Below, piece by piece: positions 1 through 8,416 of a DNA stretch of 12,001 nt; position 1 is the first letter of the stretch; every line of letters begins with the position of its first letter. The stretch is from Pseudobdellovibrionaceae bacterium (lineage in GTDB: Bacteria > Bdellovibrionota > Bdellovibrionia > Bdellovibrionales > Bdellovibrionaceae). The stretch covers positions 1-12,001 of the forward strand of contig JBGGMM010000242.1 in the NCBI GenBank assembly GCA_041288045.1, in the 5' to 3' direction. Both the position numbers and the translations under genes were made by a program. Below the pieces are notes generated by a model that ran no database searches, was not told the origin of the DNA, and saw only the letters and a program-made list of their open reading frames with translations.

Positions 1-59
1 TTCATTATTCAAGTATGACACGCCCAATCTGATGCGAAAACAAAAACTTGAAACTAGAG

Positions 60-68
60 TTATCCACA
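60..68 (+). promoter_or_regulatory. Single perfect DnaA-box match (TTATCCACA)
   Basis: Exact 9-mer TTATCCACA at 60-68 in the non-coding region upstream of comEC. An AT-rich tract follows at about 140-200. Function not shown. Confidence 0.35.
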
Positions 69-309
69 TTTTTTGGGGAAATACGAAGGAACTCGACCTT
101 AGACCGTCGATTGAATAAGGGTTTCAGCCAAATGCTAGTTACTTAAGCAGCAATAAATTATTGATTTAACTAATTATTGTCTAAATTTAAGGAAACCTAA
201 ACAGATCTGGCGACAGATTTTTAAAATCCGAGTTACCGAACCGTCTGAATTCTGAAATGAAATCTGTCAGGGTCTGAGCTAGGCGCTGAGATTGCTAAAC
301 TCATTGAAA

Positions 310-1251
310 ATGCGACTCTTTTCACTTCTCATCCTGTGTCTTTTCCTCTTTCAAAGTCTTTCGCTGCCTCAACTGGTGGCACCTTTTGCATTTGTCATGC
401 AACAAAATTGTGCAGATTCGGTTCCGAAAGAGATGAAATTTCGGGCGTTGTCTCAATCTTTCTTGTGCGGAGTCCCTCTGATTGATTCAGAAGCCAAAGA
501 AATTTTTCGGAAAACAAGCCTGTTGCATTTGATGGTTGTCTCTGGGGGTCATTTGCAAATCCTGACGTTTTTGATCCTTTTTCCCTGGCCTGCTACTTGG
601 AGAAAGAAAAAATATCTGCAAATTTTTTTATGGGGGTTTCTCTGCAGCTACTGCTTGTTGACGGGTTTTCAGCCGCCTTTGGTTCGAGCTCTGCTGGCCC
701 GATTCGTCCACTTTCTCAATCAACGCTTTCATTTCTTTTGGGATTTGGGGAAAACTCAATGGCTGGCAGGTGTTCTCACTCTTCTTTTGATCCCTGAATG
801 GATTTTCAGTTTTTCTTTTTATCTTTCCTGGTTGGCATCGCTGGGTTTTTTGCTCACCCCCCTCTTATGGAAATTTCAGAGCCGGAAAATTTTCCTGACT
901 CTTCTCAGTTGTTTTTTTATTCAGTCTTTAATGACAGTGTCTCTGGGGGATTTTTCGGCCCTCGGTATTTTCACCAATGCCTTTTTAGCTCCCTTCATCG
1001 GCCTTTTGCTTTTTCCTCTTTCTCTTTCTTCCGTTCTTTTCCCATTTTTGATTCCGGTCAGCGATCAGCTCTGGGAGTATTTGCTTCTTCTTTTAAAATA
1101 TTTGGCTGCTTGGAATTTCCAATTGAATTCAATTTCTAATCTTCCCCAATTCACCCAGTTTCGATGGTTCTTTCTGTGGGGATTCCTCGCTTTGATTCAC
1201 ACTTCACTCGAAGCCTTTCGTCAAATGCGCTATCAGAGGTCCAATGTCTAA
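310..1251 (+). CDS. comEC: ComEC/Rec2 competence membrane domain protein (N-terminal part of a split ComEC)
   Basis: Very hydrophobic multi-TM ORF with ComEC Competence-domain motifs HLMVVSGGHL, YCLLTGFQPPLVRA and SFYLSWLA. ATG 310 preferred; the ORF track start is TTG 292. Confidence 0.85.
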   Translation: MRLFSLLILCLFLFQSLSLPQLVAPFAFVMQQNCADSVPKEMKFRALSQSFLCGVPLIDSEAKEIFRKTSLLHLMVVSGGHLQILTFLILFPWPATWRKKKYLQIFLWGFLCSYCLLTGFQPPLVRALLARFVHFLNQRFHFFWDLGKTQWLAGVLTLLLIPEWIFSFSFYLSWLASLGFLLTPLLWKFQSRKIFLTLLSCFFIQSLMTVSLGDFSALGIFTNAFLAPFIGLLLFPLSLSSVLFPFLIPVSDQLWEYLLLLLKYLAAWNFQLNSISNLPQFTQFRWFFLWGFLALIHTSLEAFRQMRYQRSNV

Positions 1252-1978
1252 GAGGATTTTTCTTCTCACTTTTTTTATTTTCAGCTCAATTCAAGGATTG
1301 GCCTCTGAGCTGATCGTTTGGAATGTCGGACAGGGACAATGGATCACCGAAGTCGATTCGCAAGTTTGCTTTCACTATGACATTGGTGGCGAGTTCAATC
1401 CACTTCAGAGGGTTCTGAAGATCTGTCGGGGGAAAATCAATTTGGTGCATCTTTCCCATTTGGACTGGGATCATTTTTCTTTCTATTCTAGTTTATTGAG
1501 AGCTTTGCCTGAAACCTGCCTGATCCAAAGACCCGTAGGCCCGGCTTCTCCTGCAAAAAAAAGATGGCTTGAAAAAATCCCCCTGTGTCTGCCAAACCGG
1601 ATCCCACTGATTCAAGAGCGACAGAAAAGCCTTTTCCTGGCAAAAAACAGCCGCAATTCCAATGCTTCCTCGCAAGTGGTTTGGTCACAGAAATTTCGGG
1701 TTCTCATCCCTGGGGACTCACCTCAACAGCAAGAAAAATTGTGGAGTCAAAAGATTCCTCGATCGACCGAGGGTTGGATTTTGGGACATCATGGAAGCCG
1801 CACCAGCAATTCACCAAGGCTGTTTTCAAGTCTGCCAAAAATTCGCTGGGCTGTGGCTTCGGCACGAAGGGGGCGCTATGGACATCCGCATTGGCAAATC
1901 GTCGAGCGCTTAAAAAAAGAAAAGGTGCCCTTACTCAAAACAGAAGATTGGGGGCACCTGCATTTTTTTAAAAAATGA
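1244..1978 (+). CDS. ComEC-type metallo-beta-lactamase-fold nuclease domain protein, probably exported
   Basis: Motifs NVGQG, LSHLDWDH, PGDS, GHHGS and YGHPH typical of the ComEC C-terminal MBL domain. Signal-peptide-like N-terminus MSKRIFLLTFFIFSSIQGLA. Start overlaps the upstream stop by 8 nt (ATGTCTAA). Confidence 0.85.
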   Translation: MSKRIFLLTFFIFSSIQGLASELIVWNVGQGQWITEVDSQVCFHYDIGGEFNPLQRVLKICRGKINLVHLSHLDWDHFSFYSSLLRALPETCLIQRPVGPASPAKKRWLEKIPLCLPNRIPLIQERQKSLFLAKNSRNSNASSQVVWSQKFRVLIPGDSPQQQEKLWSQKIPRSTEGWILGHHGSRTSNSPRLFSSLPKIRWAVASARRGRYGHPHWQIVERLKKEKVPLLKTEDWGHLHFFKK

Positions 1979-1982
1979 ACTC

Positions 1983-3089
1983 TTACTGACGATAAGGACG
2001 ATAATCCATGCCCAAATCCCGGGCCACTGGTTCATAGCAGACGAAGCCGCCATAAACATTCAGACCCTTGAAGAGTGCTGGATCTTTGGCAATTGCATCT
2101 TCCACTCCCATTGCCGCCAACATCGAAGCGTATTTCAAAGTCGTGTTGGTCAGAGCATAGGTTGAAGTGCGCGGCGCCACGCCTGGCATATTGGGCACAC
2201 AGTAATGAATCACTCCATCCACTTCGTAGGTTGGATTTTGGTGAGACGTCGGCTTGCAAGTCTCAATGCAACCACCTTGATCCACAGCTACGTCCACCAC
2301 CACAGAGCCTTTTTTCATTTGTGAAATGGTCTGCTTGCTGATCAAAGTGGGAGCTTTGTGACCAGTGATCAAAACACCGCCGACCAAAAGATCCGACTCA
2401 ATCGCCGATTGCTCCAGATTTTGTGCGTTTGAGAAAAGAGTTGTCACACGTCCTTGGAAAACGTCATCGAGATATTCCAATCGCGCCAGGTTCACATCCA
2501 AAATGGTGACATCAGCACCCAGACCCACCGCCATTTTGGCTGCATTTGTCCCAACCACACCGCCACCGATAATGGTGACCTTGCCTGGCTTCACACCAGT
2601 GACTCCGCCCAAAAGAATGCCTTTTCCGCCGTGATCTTTCTGCAAATAGAAAGCCCCGATCTGAGTGGCCATTCGACCGGCAACTTCACTCATCGGAGTG
2701 AGAAGCGGGAGACTGCCGTCTTCTTTTTGAATGGTTTCATAAGCAACAGCTTTGACTTTTCGTTCGCAGAGAACTTTGGTCAATTTGGGTTCAGCAGCCA
2801 AGTGAAGGTAAGTGTAGAGAATCTGATTTTCCTTCATGAGAGTGTACTCATCCGGAAGTGGCTCTTTCACTTTTACGATCATATCTGATTTGGCGTAAAC
2901 TTCGGCTTTGGTATCGAGAATTTTTGCGCCCGCTTTTTCATACTGTTGATTGGTGATTCCGGAACCCACGCCTGCGTCTTTTTCAACGTAAAGGGTGTGG
3001 CCTTCTTTGACCAACTGGCGAACACCGGCTTCGGTCATGCCCACGCGGTTTTCACTGATCTTAATTTCCTTAGGAACTCCGACGATCAT
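1983..3089 (-). CDS. ald: Alanine dehydrogenase
   Basis: [15 protein letters not shown] start, [20 protein letters not shown], Rossmann [24 protein letters not shown]. 368 aa, with an AGGAG RBS upstream. Confidence 0.97.
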   Translation of the reverse strand: MIVGVPKEIKISENRVGMTEAGVRQLVKEGHTLYVEKDAGVGSGITNQQYEKAGAKILDTKAEVYAKSDMIVKVKEPLPDEYTLMKENQILYTYLHLAAEPKLTKVLCERKVKAVAYETIQKEDGSLPLLTPMSEVAGRMATQIGAFYLQKDHGGKGILLGGVTGVKPGKVTIIGGGVVGTNAAKMAVGLGADVTILDVNLARLEYLDDVFQGRVTTLFSNAQNLEQSAIESDLLVGGVLITGHKAPTLISKQTISQMKKGSVVVDVAVDQGGCIETCKPTSHQNPTYEVDGVIHYCVPNMPGVAPRTSTYALTNTTLKYASMLAAMGVEDAIAKDPALFKGLNVYGGFVCYEPVARDLGMDYRPYRQ

Positions 3090-3214
3090 GATTTTCTCCT
3101 GCTTGAATGTCTTTGAGATTTGCGATCTTGCCAGAACCTAGCAGATTGGGAAGGGATGTGCACGGCGTCGATGAAAGCCTTGCAATTCTTTCAGTTGAAT
3201 CCCTGAGAAGCACG

Positions 3215-4105
3215 CTAAAAGCGGTTTCTTAAGTCCTCGCTGAGATCAGCCCCTAGCTCCACATGTTTAAAGCTGTCTTTGGATTCAATGATTTTGCGAA
3301 TGAGTTTATTCATGACATCGTGACCGGCCTTGTGCAAGACCACATGACCCATCAAAGGCATCCCCAAAGTCACCAAATCCCCTAGTGCATCCAATGCCTT
3401 ATGACGGACAAATTCGTCGGCAAAGCGAAGACCTTCTGGATTGAGGATTTTCAGTTCATCCAAAACAATGGCGTTTTCAAGACTTCCCCCTAAGGCCAAG
3501 CCGCGCGATTGCAGAGCTTCGACGTCTTTCAGGAAGCCAAAAGTGCGGGCCCCAGCGATTTCCCGAGTGAAAGAATGATCGTTGATGTCCAGATCCAGCT
3601 TTTGACGACCAATTTCAGGATGCGGAAAATCGATGGTCACTGTCACTCTCAGCCCATGATAAGGAACCACATAAGCCTGCTTATCCCCGTCTTCAAAGTA
3701 AATGGGTTGGGTGACGTAGCAGTATTTACGCGGCTGATCCTGCTCGACCAGTCCCACCACATGAAGCGCGTCTAAAAAATCCTTGGCGCTGCCGTCACAG
3801 ATGGGGATTTCAGGTCCGTCGAGCTCAATGAAAACATTGTCGATCCGAAGGGCTGAAAGGGCCGACATGCAGTGCTCAACTGTGGCCACTGAAAAAGCTG
3901 GTCCCCCCAAAGTGGTTGCATAGCCAGTGGCTGAAACTTGATGGGCGTGGACTCGTAAAGACGGCGATCCGGGAAGATCCGAGCGAACAAAGTGCACTCC
4001 TGTATTGGGAGGAGCCGGCACAAAAGTCAAAGTGCAGGTTTTTCCCGAATGAAGGCCCATGCCTTGGACCACAGTTCTTTTGCGAATCGTTTTTTGTAGA
4101 AACAT
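3215..4105 (-). CDS. lpxC: UDP-3-O-acyl-N-acetylglucosamine deacetylase
   Basis: QKTI..G.GLHSG start, TVEH, EIPICDGSA, ARTFGF, GGSLENA, zinc motif HKALDALGDL and the catalytic GH. 296 aa. Confidence 0.97.
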   Translation of the reverse strand: MFLQKTIRKRTVVQGMGLHSGKTCTLTFVPAPPNTGVHFVRSDLPGSPSLRVHAHQVSATGYATTLGGPAFSVATVEHCMSALSALRIDNVFIELDGPEIPICDGSAKDFLDALHVVGLVEQDQPRKYCYVTQPIYFEDGDKQAYVVPYHGLRVTVTIDFPHPEIGRQKLDLDINDHSFTREIAGARTFGFLKDVEALQSRGLALGGSLENAIVLDELKILNPEGLRFADEFVRHKALDALGDLVTLGMPLMGHVVLHKAGHDVMNKLIRKIIESKDSFKHVELGADLSEDLRNRF

Positions 4106-4117
4106 GAAGATTTGATG

Positions 4118-5155
4118 TTATCCCAAGAGAGGATGTGGCACAAATATTTTTCCGACTGTCAGGCCCGCCCAGTTCTTTACTTCGGGCTGAGTGTGGCTAG
4201 AAAGCTGCAAAAACTCATGATCCGTCAAACCATGAAATGCGCGAAGCAGAGCTCCTGCAGCCACTCGTGCGGCTCTGGCGTTTCCATCTCGGACTTTGAG
4301 GGCGAAAGAAAGTCCCTCAAGCAAAAGAGTGCCAGCATAAACTCCCTCGGCCCCGGATTTGAGAATCATTCGGCCTTGTGTGTGCATCATCAGATCTGAG
4401 CAGAAATCTCCACTGCCGCCAACGTAGTAGGGCTGCTTTAAGACAGCTTCTCGAATCAGCCGAAAAGTTTCATTTCTCTCAGCCGACACAGACACGTCCG
4501 GAAGAAGAAACCTCAAACCTCGCGCCATTCCCAAAAGGCTCATGGCATAAGTTGGGATTCCACAGCCATCAATCCCCCAGGGGGCATGACTGAGATCCTC
4601 TTCACTGAGCTCGAATAAAATTTTCCGGAGGTACTTTTGCAGAGGATGATCAAAAGCATCGTAGTGCTTTGGATTCCAATCAAGGGCTTTCATGGAAGTT
4701 AAAAAAGCAGTGTGTTTTCCCGAACAGTTGTTGTGACAGGGTCGCGGGCTGAGCCCTCGATGAATCAACTCTCGCGCTGTTTTTTCATCGTAGGGATAAT
4801 GAGGCCCGCACACCAAATCCTCTTCACTCATCCCGATGCGTTCCAGCCAATCCAAAACCAAATTGGTATGGGGGGCTTCACCATTGTGGGAGGAGCAAGC
4901 CAAAGAAAGGTGTCGATCGTTCAAATCAAAGCGATGATAGGCCCCGCTTTCAATCAAATTCACGGCCTGCAACATTTTGATTGCTGAGCGCGGATAGGTG
5001 CGAATGGTTTCGGCAGGACCAAATGAGGCGACAAGCTGTCCTTGATGATCGACAACAGCAGCGTCAATAAGATGAACACTTTCGGTGAAATTTCCGCGAG
5101 TGACATGCACTTCAATCGGAGGATAAGAATTTCCAGAGTTGTGCCGAAAAGACAT
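4118..5155 (-). CDS. Class 3 (Rhizobium etli-type, asparaginase II family) L-asparaginase
   Basis: Motifs RSAIK..QA, CSSH.GE..H, NNCSGKH, DGCG.P, KSGAEG and K..DG..RA. Confidence 0.92.
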   Translation of the reverse strand: MSFRHNSGNSYPPIEVHVTRGNFTESVHLIDAAVVDHQGQLVASFGPAETIRTYPRSAIKMLQAVNLIESGAYHRFDLNDRHLSLACSSHNGEAPHTNLVLDWLERIGMSEEDLVCGPHYPYDEKTARELIHRGLSPRPCHNNCSGKHTAFLTSMKALDWNPKHYDAFDHPLQKYLRKILFELSEEDLSHAPWGIDGCGIPTYAMSLLGMARGLRFLLPDVSVSAERNETFRLIREAVLKQPYYVGGSGDFCSDLMMHTQGRMILKSGAEGVYAGTLLLEGLSFALKVRDGNARAARVAAGALLRAFHGLTDHEFLQLSSHTQPEVKNWAGLTVGKIFVPHPLLG

Positions 5156-5162
5156 GCTGGAG

Positions 5163-5192
5163 ATTATTCACGTGAAACCAAGCAAAGGTCAA
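5163..5192 (-). promoter_or_regulatory. Putative sigma70-type promoter for the asparaginase gene, possibly leaderless
   Basis: Minus strand TTGACC (5192-5187), N18, AATAAT (5168-5163), ending 7 nt before the ATG at 5155. No SD sequence is visible. Confidence 0.35.
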
Positions 5193-5453
5193 CGGTTCCA
5201 TTGTTGGTCTGTTTTTCTCTTGTTATTCCTTGTCGGATGCAGCTCCAAAAGCGCTCGCTCGACAATTGAGGAAACGCAAGACCGGGCTCGCCCGCGAGCA
5301 GCGGCTTATGCGGCTGATGGTTTCATGATGGATCACCGCTCACCCGAAGGGCGGGCTTATCGCCCCTGGCAGTTTTACTATAAGCACTGCACTTTAGTCA
5401 GTCGCAATCCCTATCCGGACCGAGCTGAGCATTCTTGTACCACTCCTTATTGA
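5172..5453 (+). CDS. Small hypothetical lipoprotein
   Basis: GTG 5172 preceded by GGAG (5159-5162). Basic N-region, hydrophobic stretch and lipobox LVGC. Two further Cys lie in the C-terminal part. The ORF track start at 5139 would overlap the divergent gene. Confidence 0.7.
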   Translation: MKPSKGQRFHCWSVFLLLFLVGCSSKSARSTIEETQDRARPRAAAYAADGFMMDHRSPEGRAYRPWQFYYKHCTLVSRNPYPDRAEHSCTTPY

Positions 5454-5490
5454 AAACTTTTGCACCAAATTGAGATGATATTATGAGCAT

Positions 5491-5517
5491 TTAAATTTTC
5501 TCCGAATCCGTCGATAC
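5491..5517 (+). promoter_or_regulatory. Putative sigma28 (FliA) promoter
   Basis: TTAAATTT-N11-GTCGATAC compared with the consensus TAAAGTTT-N11-GCCGATAA. It lies 26 nt before ATG 5544, with RBS-like AAGGGAA at 5531-5537. Confidence 0.55.
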
Positions 5518-5543
5518 ATTCGAAGACGCGAAGGGAATAACCA

Positions 5544-6227
5544 ATGAGCATGATTGAACGCTATCGTAAAAAAGGCGGCTTTTTCCAACTTCTCAACTTG
5601 ATTGAGACGACTGGCAAAGACAAGCAAGAGAAATTCTTGAAAATGATCGCCGAAGAAAGCCCCGCCTGGGAATCAGAAGTTCGAAAACGGCTTTTGACCA
5701 TTGATAAAATTCTCAGCTGGAACCCTACTTACTTGGCCGAAATTTTTCCTCGCATACAGCCTTTGCAGTTAGCCATGGTTGTTGGCGGCTTGCCCCCTGA
5801 AAAAGCCGAACAATTTATGAAAATTCTCAACTTCAAAGAGAAGCGTCAAGTGGAGGAAGTTCTCAAAGAGAAAACTCCATCGCCTGGTGAGACTTCTGCT
5901 GGGGTGATGAAGCTTTTCAGCGAGATTCGCAAAATGGAAGCCGAAGGCTCTTTGAAATTTGAAAAATTTGATCCTGACATGGTCGTTCCTGAGGACATCG
6001 AAGATCGCTTGGGCAAAGGTGTCAGTTTCGCGACTATTCCAACAGGAACGACAGAAGTGGCTGTGGGTAACATGCCTCCTCCACCGGCTGGAATTCCTTC
6101 CAACGTGGCGGAAGAGCTCACCAACTTGCGTCGCAAACTGGTTCAGCTGACCCAGGAAAACCATAAGCTTCATCATGACAACCAAACGATGAAGGATAAG
6201 CTGGATCAGATTAAAAAAATCGCCTGA
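5544..6227 (+). CDS. Orphan FliG C-terminal-domain-like protein with C-terminal coiled coil
   Basis: The segment FLKMIAEESPAWESEVRKRLLTIDKI resembles the FliG helix leading into the MFxFEDL motif. It is followed by a helical domain, a Pro-rich linker (MPPPPAG) and a heptad tail. Recognised by eye. Confidence 0.6.
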   Translation: MSMIERYRKKGGFFQLLNLIETTGKDKQEKFLKMIAEESPAWESEVRKRLLTIDKILSWNPTYLAEIFPRIQPLQLAMVVGGLPPEKAEQFMKILNFKEKRQVEEVLKEKTPSPGETSAGVMKLFSEIRKMEAEGSLKFEKFDPDMVVPEDIEDRLGKGVSFATIPTGTTEVAVGNMPPPPAGIPSNVAEELTNLRRKLVQLTQENHKLHHDNQTMKDKLDQIKKIA

Positions 6228-6232
6228 TTCGC

Positions 6233-6251
6233 TTGGGGCGCGCCGTCCCAA
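6233..6251 (+). other. Short hairpin after the fliG-like stop codon
   Basis: TTGGGGCG-CGC-CGTCCCAA gives an 8-bp stem with one G-T pair. There is no U-tract, so it is not a clear intrinsic terminator. Confidence 0.3.
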
Positions 6252-6314
6252 TGCTCGCATTCCACCGATCGTCGGCTATAGTCGCCCGGCCAATTTGAAT
6301 TGGCAGGGGGGCTC

Positions 6315-7100
6315 ATGGTCTTTTTATTTTCACTTCTGATCTCTTTGGCTCACGCTGAATTTGTGATTGTTCCGGATGATTTGGTCATTTCTGAAATGGC
6401 TCCGGGGTCCAGTGCTCCACTCAATAATCAACTCGGCGTTTTGATCTGGAATATTGAAAAGGGCAAAGCTCAATATGACTGGGCTTATGATTTTCAAAAG
6501 CTCATGGACGGAAAATCCCTCGCCCTTTTGCAGGAAGGGATCGAAGACAACTACGTTCCCAATGTTTTAAAATCCATTTCACGATTTGGTTGGTTCATTG
6601 CCCGTACTTTTTTTATGGAGACCGACCGTCAAGCGACGGGAGTGATTTCAGGATCTCCGCAAAAGCCAGTGCAAGCGAGTTTTCTGCGGACTCGCGATTT
6701 GGAACCGATCATCAACACTCCGAAAATGGCTTTCCTGTCGACTTATGATCTGTTGGGCGGCTCGCAACTTTTGGTGGTCAATGTGCATGCCATCAACTTC
6801 ACTTCACCAGAGCCTTTTTTTCGCCAAGTGGATGACATCGTTAAGGCCATTGGCAATTGGAATGGCAAAGTTTTAGTGGCGGGCGATTTTAATACTTGGA
6901 TTTCGGCGCGAACCAAATACCTCGTGGGAAAAATGAAAGCTCTGGGGCTTGAGCATGTGGTTTTTGAAAAGGATCCTCGTCAATTGGTTCTGGATCATGT
7001 GTTCATTCGCGGCTGCCAGTTGTCTGCGGCCCAAGTGCATGGGAATATTGAATCCTCTGACCATTACCCTTTGACCACTGATTTTTCGTGCCAAAACTGA
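6315..7100 (+). CDS. Endonuclease/exonuclease/phosphatase (EEP) family protein, YafD-like, with signal peptide
   Basis: Motifs WNI, LQE, NVH, GDFN, LDHVF and SDHYP. ATG 6315 follows AGGGGGG, and the signal peptide ends in AHA. Confidence 0.9.
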   Translation: MVFLFSLLISLAHAEFVIVPDDLVISEMAPGSSAPLNNQLGVLIWNIEKGKAQYDWAYDFQKLMDGKSLALLQEGIEDNYVPNVLKSISRFGWFIARTFFMETDRQATGVISGSPQKPVQASFLRTRDLEPIINTPKMAFLSTYDLLGGSQLLVVNVHAINFTSPEPFFRQVDDIVKAIGNWNGKVLVAGDFNTWISARTKYLVGKMKALGLEHVVFEKDPRQLVLDHVFIRGCQLSAAQVHGNIESSDHYPLTTDFSCQN

Positions 7101-8416
7101 TTCAAAAAATTCTCTATGGCTGCTCGGACCTGGGTCTGAATGCAGTTGAAATTTTTTTGCGAGTTCATTTGTTGGTCTTCTACGCCCAGGTTCAGAAACT
7201 GCCGGTTTTCTGGGTGGCTATTGCTATTGGGATTTCCATTCTCTGGAATGCGGCCATCGACCCATTGATCGGCCGCTTCTCGGATGATTTCAGAAATCGA
7301 AAAGGCACTCGCATGCATTTGGTCTTAGTGGGGGCGATTTTTATGGCCGTCACCTTGGCGGCTCTTTTTCATCCGCCAGAAATGCAAAGCCAGACACAGG
7401 TTTGGCTCTATCTTTTGTTTTTCAGTCTGGCTTTCAACACGTCTCAGACGCTGTTTGCGATTCCCTATGCGGCGATGGTGGGGGACTACTCGGAGGATCG
7501 TCAGCAACGATCGACGTTTATTGCCTGGAAAATTTTATTTGCGAATTTCGGAGCTTTGATTGGGATTGCTGTGCCTGGATTTTTTCTCGCCCATGCTCAT
7601 CCGAAAGTCTATGAAAACACCAGTTGGATTTTGATTCTTTTGCTTTTGTTTGTGGCTTTCATGACTTCGCTGGCCCCACCTCCCCTGCATCCGGCTGATA
7701 TGAGCTCTCGCCGAAATCCACATCCTATCCGTGAGGCTTTGGGTAATCGAAATTTTCTGGTTCCACTGCTGGCTTCTTTTTTTGCCAATGTGGGACTGAC
7801 TTTGAACACTTCGATTGCTCTTTATTATTACCGGATCCGCGCCCAGTTGTCGGAAAAAGAAATTCAGAACACGTTTTTGTTTTTCTTTTTAATTTTCAGC
7901 TTGAGCCTTCCTTTGTGGGTTTGGATCTCACGAAAATGCGGGCGCAAAGCGACTCTGATTGCAGGCGCCCTGCTTCTGGGATTGAGCACGGCCTTGTTTT
8001 ATTTGAACCTCCCGGTTGGCGAGACGGCCTGGCCCCTTTACCTTTTGGCCTCAGGGACCGGTGGATTTTTTGTCGGCTGCTCGGTTTTGATGGATGCTCT
8101 GGTGACGGACATTGTGGATGAAGACCATTTGCGCTTTGGGCAAGAGAGATTGGGACTTTATTTTGGCATTTGGAAATTCTCAGCCAAAGCTTCAAGGGCT
8201 ATTGCCCTCTTCGTCGTTGGATCTCTCTTGGACTGGGCGAATGTGACTTTTCCGGATGTCGACACAGCTTCTCGCTTGAGCTTGATTTTTGGCCCGGGTG
8301 TGGGATTCTTTTTCATAGTGGCCGCTTTGATTCTGATCCCCTATTCATTGACAGAAAAAAAGTGTGCCGAAATCAAAAAAGCTTTGGAGTTAAAGGCACA
8401 TGTTAAAGATATTTAG
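7088..8416 (+). CDS. MFS transporter, glycoside-pentoside-hexuronide (MelB/GPH-like) family
   Basis: About 12 hydrophobic segments. Motifs include WNAAIDPLIGRFSD, IPYAAM.......QRS, ISRKCGRK and D.VDED...G..R.G.YFG. GTG start overlaps the EEP gene by 13 nt. Confidence 0.9.
   Translation: MPKLIQKILYGCSDLGLNAVEIFLRVHLLVFYAQVQKLPVFWVAIAIGISILWNAAIDPLIGRFSDDFRNRKGTRMHLVLVGAIFMAVTLAALFHPPEMQSQTQVWLYLLFFSLAFNTSQTLFAIPYAAMVGDYSEDRQQRSTFIAWKILFANFGALIGIAVPGFFLAHAHPKVYENTSWILILLLLFVAFMTSLAPPPLHPADMSSRRNPHPIREALGNRNFLVPLLASFFANVGLTLNTSIALYYYRIRAQLSEKEIQNTFLFFFLIFSLSLPLWVWISRKCGRKATLIAGALLLGLSTALFYLNLPVGETAWPLYLLASGTGGFFVGCSVLMDALVTDIVDEDHLRFGQERLGLYFGIWKFSAKASRAIALFVVGSLLDWANVTFPDVDTASRLSLIFGPGVGFFFIVAALILIPYSLTEKKCAEIKKALELKAHVKDI

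Noticed and set aside
1..290. Replication origin (oriC)
   Set aside because: Only one clear DnaA box is visible and there is no dnaA/dnaN context in the window.
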